Shown: positions 12,187 to 22,917 of the stretch, one piece after another | Numbering within the stretch: position 1 is the first letter of the stretch | Layout: each line of letters begins with the position of its first letter | Assembly: GCF_963921235.1 (NCBI RefSeq) | Contig: NC_086097.1 | Coordinates: 61,630,001-61,694,000 of the forward strand | Source: Mobula hypostoma | Taxonomy: Eukaryota | Direction: 5' to 3' | Length of the DNA stretch: 64,000 nt | Position numbers and translations under genes: made by a program | Notes under the pieces: model-generated | What the model saw: only the letters and a program-made list of their open reading frames with translations | Told to the model about the DNA's origin: nothing | Databases searched by the model: none

Positions 12187-12551
12187 TGATGACATAATTT
12201 CAAATTCACTGATTATCATGACAATACTTCATGCACTAGCAACTATAATCCTTCAAAGTCACAAAACCCAATAATTGAGTAAAGATTGGTTGGACTACTT
12301 GGCAGTAATCATACAATCATAGGCATGCGGCATAGGAATAAGCCCTTTAATCTATTGTCTCCCTGACGGCCAGTGAGTACCTACCTGTAGCTAAACCGTT
12401 ACTCAGCCATAGTCTTTTCCACTACTCAGCCATAGTTTTCTAAGAATAATGTTTCAGGTAATTACCAGATTACAAATTAAATGCTGAGTGAATAGTGGCC
12501 TCAACAATAGCCTCAACAATGTATGTTCCAGATTGCAATCACCCGCTAGGT

Positions 12552-12615
12552 CAGCGGTTCCCAAAATGGGGTCCACAGACTCTGTCCATGGCATTAAAAA
12601 GGTCGAGAATCCCTG
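12552..12615. mobile_element. Tiny hAT (Charlie-like) MITE
   Basis: CAGCGGTTCCCAA...GAGAATCCCTG imperfect TIRs; flanks CGCTAGGT/CTCTAGCT resemble an 8-bp nTCTAGAn-type TSD. Related copy at 41361-41440. Confidence 0.55.
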
Positions 12616-12681
12616 CTCTAGCTGAACACATACTTCCCAAATCTCTAAATCATTTACTAATTCCCTTACTTTAGAATTATA

Positions 12682-13230
12682 AAACCATAAAACCATCAGA
12701 TATAGGAGCAAATGTAGGCTTTTTGGACCATCAAATCTGCTCCGCCATTCAATCATGGGCTGATCTAATTCCTCCAGTCATCCCCATACCCCTGCATTCA
12801 CCCTATACCATTTGATGCTCTGGCTAATCAAGAACCTATCTATCTCTGCCTTAAATACACCCAATGACTTGGCCTCCACAGCCGCTCATGGCAACAAATT
12901 CCACAGATTTACCACCCTCTGACTAAAGTAATTTCCATGGGAAATAATTTTGCCATATTAATCTGTTCAGGTCTTTTAACATTTTGTATGTTTCTATGCG
13001 ATCCCGCCCCCCCCCCCCCCGATTCTTCTGAACTCAAGGGAATACAGCCCAAGAGCTGCCAGACATTCCTCATACGGTAATCCTTTCATTCCTGGAAGCA
13101 TTCTCGTGAATGTTCTTTGAACTCTCTCCAATGTCAGTATATCCTTTCTAAAATAAGGAGCCCAAAACTGCACACAATACTCCAAGTGTGGTCTCACGAG
13201 TGCCTTGTAGAGCCTTAACATAGCCTTCAT
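12682..13230 (-). mobile_element. CR1 3' fragment
   Basis: LYKALVRPHLEYCVQFWAPY in ORF 12994-13230 plus a CR1 3' UTR and tail. Confidence 0.9.
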
Positions 13231-15260
13231 GTCATAGACCCTTCTGTTAAGGGAAAATGTTGTCCATTACCTACCCTATATACCTCATAATTTTAAATAC
13301 TTCAGTTTGGAAACATTGAGTGAGCTGTGCTTAACTGCTGCAGCATGCCCTGTTGCGTCTTTCTTGTGTGATTGCAAGGCCAATTGAGGGTCTGTAATAT
13401 TTTTACCATGCATCAATAGAAACATACCTATTGATTCCAAAGCTTTCGATTAACAACAGCGTTTTGTTTTTGGAAAGTGTCACTGAAAAATCATCATTGC
13501 TCACTGGATGTTTAAAAGTTAAAGCTTTATTAATTGTAATAAAGCATGACATCTGAAGCATGAAATTAAGATGACCATCAAAAATAGTGAATGTAGCACT
13601 CTAAATTCATGTGAATCAGGTCCATCTGTCTCTAACCTAATAGAAAGTACACAGTTCTCCATAGTCTGGATTTCCTCTTTTAGTTCTGCATGCTATAGCT
13701 TTAGTATCTTGGGGTGATAAAAACAAGCATGTATGAAGCCATCATCTTTAGCATAAAAAAAATCTAAAGCCTTCTATTCTGATTTTTAAATGAAACCTTC
13801 ATCTGGGTGAGGAGATGGTGATACTCAACTTTAGATTAGTAATCAGCAACAAACTTGTCCATAGCAAAGTGAAGTGGGCATGTATCAATGTCAAAATTGA
13901 AAAATGTGCAGTCAATCTCAGTTCTTAAGGTCAGAAAATGTAGAGCTAAATGTAACAGTGTTGAAGCACATTGAACATGCATTTGCATGCCAATTACTTT
14001 TAGTTCCAATGCATCAGTACCCTTGTAATCTGTGAATAAGCAGAAGCATTAAAAACAATAATAGATTGCAATATACTGTTAAACAACTGTATTAGATGCT
14101 TCATAAATATTACCTTCTGTGGGTGAAATATAATCCATCAGACACAGGAAGATAAAGAAACTAGTTATGTAATCAATATTCATCAAAATTATGAAAAAAG
14201 CTATTTTAAAATGCTATTCTATAACATACCAAATCACTTATATTAAAAAGAAAAATGTGAAAACCAGTTTAAACTTTGTTTTTTTTTTGCAGCCAGATCC
14301 CATAAATTATGGTGAAGAACGAGATTTTTTTGATTAGAAAGACATTGACAGCTTCATAGAGAATTCAGACTTACACGTCTTCATGAAAGAGAAAATATCT
14401 GTCTGTCACATAAGCAAAACAAATTCAGATAATGTTTTGATTTTCATATTAGAAGAGCCAACAGAAGAGCAAAATTATACTAAATGTTTATGAAGTATCG
14501 TTATGGGCAGCAACCTAGTTTTAGCTGAAATTATTTTTATTTGTATTCTGATAAGCATTTTCATATTTCTTCCATTGAACTACTGGAACTCCAGCCACTA
14601 TATCAAATTGGTATTGATAATTTGCCTCAGCTTTAAAAGTAATGGGCCGTACATTGCTCTGTGTATTAATTTTCACAAAATTATGCATGCATAAATAATG
14701 CAATAAATCCATTATTTTATTTTTTTTCTGACTGATGGATTAAATGTCACCCTTTTTCCCATAATAGCACAAATGCAAAAAAAAACAGGGTCCTACAATA
14801 AATTTAAATTGGTTGCTGGAGAAATAGGCCAGCATTCAGGGCTGCGAAGTAAAAGCATTTCAGGATGTATATTGCATACATTTCTCTGACATTAAATGTA
14901 TCTTTGAAACCTTTGATGTAGCACTTTTAGCACTGTCATCTAGATATGAAGGTTTCCATACATCTGTCTTGCCATCTTTATTAAACTCTTAATACAGCAT
15001 TGTCCTAAGTGACGTTATCAAATTCTGTTTCATACTGAGAGCATTTTGGGATATTATTATTGTGAAAACTTTCTGTAAATGCACGATCTGTTGCATTTTT
15101 CCAAAAAAAATCGCACGATCGATTGATGCCTATGAAGGTTCTCAGTCATCCAGCTCATTGTATATCAAGCAGTAGTAACTCAAGGCAGCTGGACTTTGTG
15201 TGTTGACTCGAAGACATTTTGCTTCTCATCTGAGAGATTTCTTCAGTTCTAAGCCTCTAA

Positions 15261-16011
15261 GTCTACGTCCATACTAGACCGGGTAAATCCACAACCCGAA
15301 GCTTTTTCTCTTCGTTTTGACCCTCCGTCCACACTGAAACGGCGTTTTCATCCCTCCAAAATTGAGCTTTTCTAAAACGCTCTCCAGAGTGTTTAAATCT
15401 GAAAACGCCAGTTGGGCGTTGTAGTGTGTACGGGGCAACCAGAGGTTTTAAAAAACCTGCCGTCCCTTTCATCAGTGGAGAGACTATGGCTGTAGGAAAT
15501 GTTTCCAGGGGACCCCTCTGTGAAAGTGGGGAAGATGTTGGTGGGGCCACCCGGTGGTCCGTGTGTCCGTATGTGTAGCTATTGTAGTGGCTGTGAGGCT
15601 GGCATTGTGGTGGTGAAAAGTACTGGGGGGGAGTTATCATATTCCTCATCATTGCAAATCATTCTACAACAGAGTTAGTCAGTTTTTCAAGGTTCATCGT
15701 CAGCCGGGTCATACTGTCCGTGACTTCCCTGTTAGTCGCCTCCGTAAGCTCCAGTATTTGCTTTTTCAGTTTTAAGTCCTCCTGCGTGAGAGCCAACAGC
15801 CATCCGTCGTCTGCAATTTCCTTTTATGTTTTTCTAGTCTGTAACTGGACCAACACGCACCAAGTATACCGTCCTGTGCATGCCCAGTAGGAGGAGATTC
15901 ACCTGTTTTAATGTGGACGGATGTATTTTCAAAAACGCCTGGTGTGGACGACTATCGTTTTTATGCAAAACCAGCGTTCTCAAAATTATGCGGTCTAGTA
16001 TGGATGTAGCA
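15261..16011 (-). mobile_element. Non-autonomous PIF/Harbinger DNA transposon
   Basis: 21-bp TIRs GTCTACGTCCATACTAGACCG / CGGTCTAGTATGGATGTAGCA (18/21) and a TAA TSD at 15258-15260 and 16012-16014. The minus-strand remnant QEDLKLKKQILEL...LEKLTNSV resembles the C-terminus of the Harbinger accessory (Myb-like) protein. Confidence 0.9.
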
Positions 16012-16270
16012 TAAGTAGTGGGTAGTCTTCCAGCTCATAAACTTTGGGATTTGTTTAAAGGTATAGCAATCACATGAGGGTCATTAAATCATTGAGATAA
16101 TAAGAAGGTCATTAGTCTTATCTTTGAATGAATGGAGGTGTGAACTGTTGTGGAGGTGCGGAAGTAGAGATGATAGGATTGCATTGTAAGTAGCTGATAG
16201 GTGGTGTTGTAGCCCACCACCTCTGTTCAAGGATGGGTTTTCCAGTTTAACAAAGATGCCTTCTTTATCT

Positions 16271-16316
16271 GATGTGTGTTGCTCGAATTTCCAGCATCTG
16301 CAGAATTCCTCGCGTT
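16271..16316 (+). mobile_element. 46-bp PLE 3'-terminal insertion, 14-bp TSD
   Basis: TGCCTTCTTTATCT at 16257-16270 and 16317-16330. Confidence 0.85.
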
Positions 16317-16548
16317 TGCCTTCTTTATCTCCTCTTTTAAACCACTTGTCCTCCCTGTCTGAGATACACATATTGTTATCATCAAAGGAGCATCCCTTGT
16401 CCTTTAGGTGTCGATATACAGCTAAGTCTTGACCTGAGGAGTTAGCCCTCCTATGTTGGGCCATCCACTTGTGAAGTGGTTGTTTTGTCTCACTAATATA
16501 CAGATCTGTGCAATTCTCATTGCATAGGATACTATATACAATATTTAT

Positions 16549-16788
16549 GGTGAACGCAGAAGGCCAGGCAGCATCTCTAGGAAGAGGTACAGTCGACATT
16601 TCAGGCCGAGACCCTTCGTCAGGACTAACTGAAGGAAGAGTTAGTAAGAGATGTGAGAGGGGAGGGGGAAATCCAAAATGATAGGAGAAGATAGGAGGGG
16701 GAGGGATGGAGCCAAGAGCTGGACAGGTGATTGGCAAAGGGGATATGAGATGATATGAATTTCCAGCATTGGCGAAATTGTTGTTGTG
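16549..16788. mobile_element. PLE-terminus insertion with 5' inversion, 12-bp TSD
   Basis: TACAATATTTAT at 16537-16548 and 16789-16800. Antisense part 16549-~16755 is followed by the sense terminus GAATTTCCAGCA. Confidence 0.85.
16591..16626 (-). ncRNA. Minimal type-I hammerhead ribozyme motif (best-preserved core)
   Basis: Reverse complement AGTC-CTGACGA-AGGGTCTCGGCCT-GAAATGTC-GACT: stem I AGTC/GACT, CUGANGA, stem II, GAAA and GUC cleavage triplet. Confidence 0.75.
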
Positions 16789-16872
16789 TACAATATTTAT
16801 ATTTATGTTTAGGGATAAACGAGTTTCTGTCTAAGCATGTTTGTAAGTTTGAAAATCACAGGGATTTGGGAT

Positions 16873-17072
16873 GTGCAACACATATAAAATACTGGAGGAA
16901 CTCAGCAGGCCAGGCAGCAGCTATGGAAAAGAATACTGTTGACATTTCAGGCCAAGACCCTTCAGCAGTCCTGTACTCTTTTCCATAGATGCTGCCTGGC
17001 CTGTTGAGTTCCTCCAGCATTTTGTGTGTGTTGCTTGGATTTCCAGCATATGCAGATTTTCTCTTGTTTGAG
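16873..17072. mobile_element. Fold-back PLE-terminus insertion, 12-bp TSD
   Basis: GGGATTTGGGAT at 16861-16872 and 17075-17086; 62-bp inverted arms at 16875-16936 and 16973-17034. Confidence 0.85.
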
Positions 17073-17764
17073 ATGGGATTTGGGATAACTATGTTTTTCC
17101 AACTGCTTTGCTCCTTACCTCTGTCTGTTGGCCTGATGTCCCTGCTGGGTTTTATCGCTGTCTTGTTGAAGGCCCAGTCAGGGTAGTCATAAGCTTTCAA
17201 GACTTTCTCAAATACTTGTGCTCCTTGTCTCCTTGTCTTTAGCTGTAATATTGGTGGGTGCATTCTCGGCACAGTGGTGTAGTGTTCTGTTAATCCTAAC
17301 TTGTGTTCTAATGGGTGAAGGGAGACTAACCACAGGTACTGCTCTGTGTGAGTTGGTTTCCTTTAAACTTTAATATTTAGATGTCCATTTTCTGTGACAA
17401 ATACTGCACAGTCGAAAAAAAGCCAGTCTATTGTTCGTAACGTCCTTCTCATGTAAATTTGATGTTATTATCCACCGGGTTGATATGTTCTGTAAAGGCT
17501 TACATCTCATGGATTTTGATCTTGACCCAGGTGGCATCCACATATATGAACCAATGACAGGGTGATGTTCCATGGAAGGTATTCAAGGCTGTCATTTCTA
17601 CTTCTTCCATGTATAAATTGGCTACAATAGGAGACACTGGTGAACTCATAGTGCAACCTGTAGAAGACATCTTGTATTGAGACAGAGGCTGAGTAAAGTA
17701 CCTACCTGCTCCGAGTTGACAACTCACAGAGTTTATAAGCCAGCAATGGATGCACAATGGATTA

Positions 17765-17804
17765 GAACTGAGGAAGCCTCTTGGATGAGTGGCGAAGCAT
17801 CTTC
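17765..17804 (+). ncRNA. Decayed hammerhead motif of the Poseidon-type PLE
   Basis: GAA-CTGAGGA-A-GCC..GGC-GAAGCATC-TTC; homologous minus-strand copy at 15210-15249. Confidence 0.6.
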
Positions 17805-20800
17805 TTGTCCAGTTGCCTTAATTCACTACTGCTTGAAATACAATAGACAGATGTTTCCCAAACTGGAGGATCAGCCAGAAACAGAAGACAGCTCAACAAT
17901 AAGATGCAGTAGCCATCAGCAACTGCCTGGCTACAGTCACTTCAGGGATGGGCATGTGATATTTTTGTTCTAATAATCTCCCTTATGGACTACATTGTAC
18001 ATTACTCTGAGGGAAATTTCTCTGCTCTCTAATCCCTAGTAGGTGCTCCTAGTGTAAATGCACACACCAGGATAATGAGTCTGTAAAATCTTACATGAAG
18101 AATGTAGTAGCACATCTGTTATTTTGGACATTGTATTGTTATTACTTGAGGTATTAGTCCACGGTGTGCAATTGATGTGTAAGTTCTTGTTTCTGTATGA
18201 GTAGTCAATCACAAACAATGATTATAATCATACAAATAACTTGCCAGCAAATTGTTGAACTGCCTTACGTCTTATGAATTCACCAGGTTGTCTGCTAATT
18301 TTCCAATGGTTTGCCTCGATTGCATTCTGGTCTCTGAGCCAATAGTCTTTTTGTGTTAAAGTCCTACTTCCAAGAATTGAGTGCTAATACACCAGGCATT
18401 TTTTAAGGGGTTGCTGCAATTGCCTTTTAGTTCAAAGGTTACACCTGCTCTTTCAAGAAAGTGTGAAGGATCCCATAAAAAATTCTGTGAAAAATAAATG
18501 TTATTAATATCAATCAACTCTGTATGTAGGAACTGGAAATCCACAGATTGGCTGCCTCATTTTCTATACTACAATGGTAATGATAAAATTTAATTGGCTG
18601 TTGCTTTGATAAATCTGAACGGGGTTTAAATGAGACCATATATATTAAATCTTTCCATCGTTTGTTTCATTTTTTTATCATGTTGTCCCAATCAGTATTG
18701 TTGACAATTTAATTTCCTGAGAGGGTATTGGTAGGCTCCAGCCATGGATTACTGCTAGCTCTGAGGATCGTGCGCCCTTTATGATATTAGCCATAGAATA
18801 CCATGAATGGGTAATACATGCTTAGGTCAAAATAGATGAAGGGAGAATTTGGAGACACTGTTCAATAATCTTTGAAGTGAACGAAGTGGTGCATGACAAT
18901 GGAATGATGGGCATTATTGGCAAGGCAATGATACCAATGAAGAAGCCAGTAGCATCCTTAATGCGTGAGAATTGTTGTGTCATTAAAGGTCAGGCCTGCT
19001 TTCCTTTGATTGACTGAGATGTCATTATCTTGTCAATTAAATGATGGAAATGTTAACTATTTTTTGCTAGCCCAAAGCTCAATGATATCCAAGTTATTCT
19101 GGCTACATTCTTTACAATTTAAAACTCATATCTATTTTATTCATAAAGAGCAGAAGAGAAACATTCACTGTATAGCTCTATAACAACATCCAGAAGATCA
19201 CACAAAGCATATCTGTGAGGAGAAGTAGGCCCAACGGCACTTATAAAAAGGATCAATACATACGAGAAGAAGGAACAATGTAGTGCTAGGGGTTGTGACT
19301 GAGTGTGACTTAATGTTTCTTTTCAAGAAACGTCATAATAGGAATGGAGTAAACTATTGGCCCTTCTATAACTGTGATTATCTCCAAACACTTGTGCTTT
19401 CCCCATAAATTTTAACAATGTTAGAAATCAAGACAATCAGTTTAAGACTTAATTTTTTACCATAAAATAACAAATTTCATGTCATATAAGAAAATATTAA
19501 TAAACTTGATTCTGAATTGATTGAAAATCAATTGCCCTTTATGAAAGAGTTCCAGTCATTGATCGTTTTTTGCTTGTGGAAGTATCTCCTAATTTTATTT
19601 CTGAACAATTGCTCTAATTTTTAAACTGTTCCTGTTTAGTTTTAGACTCCATTACTGAAGAAATAGTTGCACTCCATCTACCTGAATATTTAAAAATCTT
19701 TATTCACGTCTCCTCCTGGTCTTCTTAATTCCAGGAAATGCAACAATAGTTTGTTTAATCTCAGTTCACTTATACTTCCTGCAGTTGAGTTATCATTCTA
19801 GCAACACCTTTGTTGTATACTCACAATTATTTTCCAAAGATGAGATGCCTAGGGTGGCTCTCTGTGCCCCATTTTAATAGCAACAGCACAACTTTTACCA
19901 TTTTATTCTAAAAGGCAATGCTGTATTAGCCATTTTGGCAGCTTTATGTCCCTATCTGCGATGCCCCAATGATTTATGTCATGGAGACCTAAGATTTTAT
20001 GGGCTGCCAACTTTTCCAACATTGTGTTTTTTTAGAGAACACTCACTTCTGTCCTTTATGTTTTAGTCCAAAGTAGGTTGTCTATGGTGAAATCTATTTG
20101 CTGCAATGCTTGAGATGCTTCAAGAATAATGAACCAAATGGCATCCATTTCAGCTTAGTGCTGTGAATGATTCTAAGATCAAATTATTTTCTGCTGTACA
20201 ATACATATGATTTTTGAGGCTCCTCCTTCCACAAATCAAATAAATTGTCCAAAAATATGCTGAATACTAAAAAATATTCAGCTTACTACATGACATTCAC
20301 TATCCACAAGAGACTAATTCACTCACAGGTTATCAGATCAGATTGCTCACTGAATATTTTTGGTGTTCAACAAAACCCTTGTGGATGTTCTATTTATACC
20401 TCCAGCAGCAGAATAGAGGTAGGAGATAACAAGTTGCCACCGAGATTAAATTCCTCTGTATACAGGAACAATTAATGGCCTTCCATTCAGGATGGATCAT
20501 AACAACAACCCAAATAAAAGCCTTGTGGTGCAACTTGCTCACTAATAGAGTGGGATGCAGTACTTAACTCTCTCATCAAAAATCCTTAATAACCGCTTCT
20601 GATTGTATCACACATGGGCCATTAGAAGATTCCCATAGAATAAAGTTCATCTTGTAATTCATTTTTCTCTGCTGTACTGTGCATAGATGTTGCAGTACAT
20701 TCAATTAGGGATAACTGCAAGCGCCAATGAAATTTCAGAGCTTGATTTGTCGGAGATAATGAGAAAAAATTATTTCAGCGCTTCCTTTTGTAAATTATGA

Positions 20801-21375
20801 GCCAGCCAGCCTCACCATATACTTTGTGTCAGTTTGCTTTCTATGATAGAAACCTAGTTGTGTGACGTAGCTGTACATAAAATGAAGCTGCAGGAAATGA
20901 GACTTGACACACATATCTCACATCATATTGTTTCCCATGAGCTTCAGTACAACTGCATCCAGTCAAAATAAATTGTGCCTATGCTTAAGTACCCATCGCT
21001 ACTTATAATTTGCTCTCCATTTTGAGATAATTCAATTTTAGAAAAACAATCTTCATGAATAATCCCCAGAATCAATTTGCAAATTGGTTTCTCTTCATAA
21101 ACTATGAGATGTTTATTTTGCAATAATTACACAAACCAGAAAAATATTGAAAAGCTGAATTGAAACTTGTTCCTGAACCTACATGTGGATGTTATAGAGT
21201 AAGTAGGTACCATGGGCCTTCCCTAAAGGGCAATGAGTATGTAAGTGGTGCCTGACAGTGTGGACAAGGCCAGAATGCAGTGGGAGTTAACATGCTGGAG
21301 AACCAACCTGACAAGTGTGTAAGTTTAATTTCTTAATGTTCCCTCAACATCCCTCTAGAAAGTTGACTTTCACAT

Positions 21376-22112
21376 TGGATTGAATTGAATTAACTTTATT
21401 TCTTACATCCTTCACATACATGAGGAGTAAAAATCTTTACGTTATGTCTCCGTCTAAATGTGCAATGTGCAATTTATAGTAATTTTTTATAAGTAGAATG
21501 TACAACAGGATAGTCAATATAGCATAGAAATACAATTGTATCAGTGTGAATTAAGCAGTCTGATGGCCTGGTGGAAGAAGCTGTCCTGGAGCCTGTTGGC
21601 CCTGGTTTTATTGCTGCGGTAATATTTCCCAAATGGTAGCAGCAGGAACAGTTTGTGGTTGTGGTGACTTGGTTCCCCAATGATCCATACGGCTCTTTTT
21701 ACACACCTGTCTCTATAAATGTCCTGAATAGTGAGAAGTTCACATCTTCATGATGTGCTGTGCAATTGAAGGAAGTACAGTTCCCATACCAGGCAATAAT
21801 GCAACCAGTCAGGATGCTCTCAGTTGTGCACCTGTAGAAAGTCCTTAGGATTTGGTGGCATGCCAAATTTCTTCAACTGTCTGATATGAAAGAGGTGCTG
21901 TTGTGCTTTTTTCACCACACAGCCAGTATGTACAGACCAAGCGAGATCCTCGGTGATGTGTATATCGAGGAACTTAAAGCTGCTCACCCTCTCAACCCCA
22001 GATCCATTGATGTCAATAGAGGTTAGCCTGTCTCCATTCCTCCTGTAATCCACAACCAGCTCCTTTGTTTTTGTGCCAGGGAGAGGTTGTTCTTTGGACA
22101 GCACTGTGTCAG
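21376..22112 (-). mobile_element. Rex1/Babar 3' fragment
   Basis: KTKELVVDYRR...VERVSSFKFLDIHITEDLAWS...KKAQQHLFH; (TCAAT)n-like tail. Confidence 0.9.
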
Positions 22113-22673
22113 GGTGTTAATGGTTTAAACATTATATGATAAAAAGTTAAGAATAAATCAAATATACTTCAAAGCAATATTAATGTGTGTTTCACTAACT
22201 TTTTTATGTTTTAATTATTGAACGTTATTGAAGAAAAGTCAGAGCAAAATCCTAGAAAACAATAAAATAAGCTTCTTGGAAGAAAGAAGCCAAGTGGATC
22301 CTCAATATGTTACAGAAGTCATTCTTCAGACTCACTGCTACACATTGTGTAGACTGATTAATCATTCTTTAAACATATCATCCAGAGAACAACTTTAATC
22401 ACAAGTTGCCCATTGGCTTCTTGTTATTGGTTATAGGCCAATAACATTACAGGTTATTGATGTTTTATGTTTTACACAGAAAACAGATGGTCTCACTTTC
22501 CACCCTCGCAGCTAGAGATACAAATCTGTTTGAGAGCATAACCCCTGCTGTTGGTATTCTTGCTCTATCTATTGCATCCTGCCTTCTCTCACACTTTTAC
22601 CCAATTTTTCTCTTGTAGTACAATATGTACATGCTGCCTGCCCTCAGTGTGACACACAAATCCCTCTTGACTA

Positions 22674-22883
22674 CTCTCTCTCCCTCCCGCTCCTCTCTCC
22701 CCCTCTCCCTCTCTCCATCTCTCCTGCTCCTCTCTCCCCCCTCTCTCTCTCTCTCTCTCTCTGTCTCTCCCTCTCTCTCTCTCTCTCCGTGTCTCTCTTT
22801 CCTTCTCTCCCTCTCTCTCTCCGTCTCTCTCTCTTTTCTTCTCTCCCTCTCTCGCTCTCTGTGTCTCTCTCTCTCTCTCTCCA

Positions 22884-22914
<31 letters not shown>

Positions 22915-22917
22915 TTC
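22674..22917. repeat. Imperfect (CT)n/(AG)n polypyrimidine microsatellite
   Basis: Directly visible tract of about 240 bp. Confidence 0.95.

Larger units (their letters stand above)
15128..17830 (-). mobile_element. Penelope-like element (Poseidon-type): RT C-terminal half, GIY-YIG endonuclease, 3' terminal repeat, inverted terminal repeat at the 5' junction
   Basis: RT GCTMSSPVSPIVANLYMEEVE...WFIYVDATW (ORF 17500-17757) and EN IVYSILCNENCTDLYISETKQPLHKWMAQH...PSLNRGGGL (ORF 16084-16737). The 3' end reads ...GGATGACTGAGAACCTTCATA; opposite-strand terminal repeat at ~17690-17830. Confidence 0.9.

Noticed and set aside
12400..12520. Short direct repeats (TACTCAGCCATAGT x2; GCCTCAACAAT x2; similar ones at ~25785 and ~27430) as CRISPR-like arrays
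   Set aside because: Only two copies each, no regular spacers, vertebrate DNA; simple slippage duplications.
14275..14340. Strong splice-acceptor-like TTTGTTTTTTTTTTGCAG as the start of a coding exon
   Set aside because: All three downstream frames stop within 15 codons; a non-coding or very short exon cannot be excluded.
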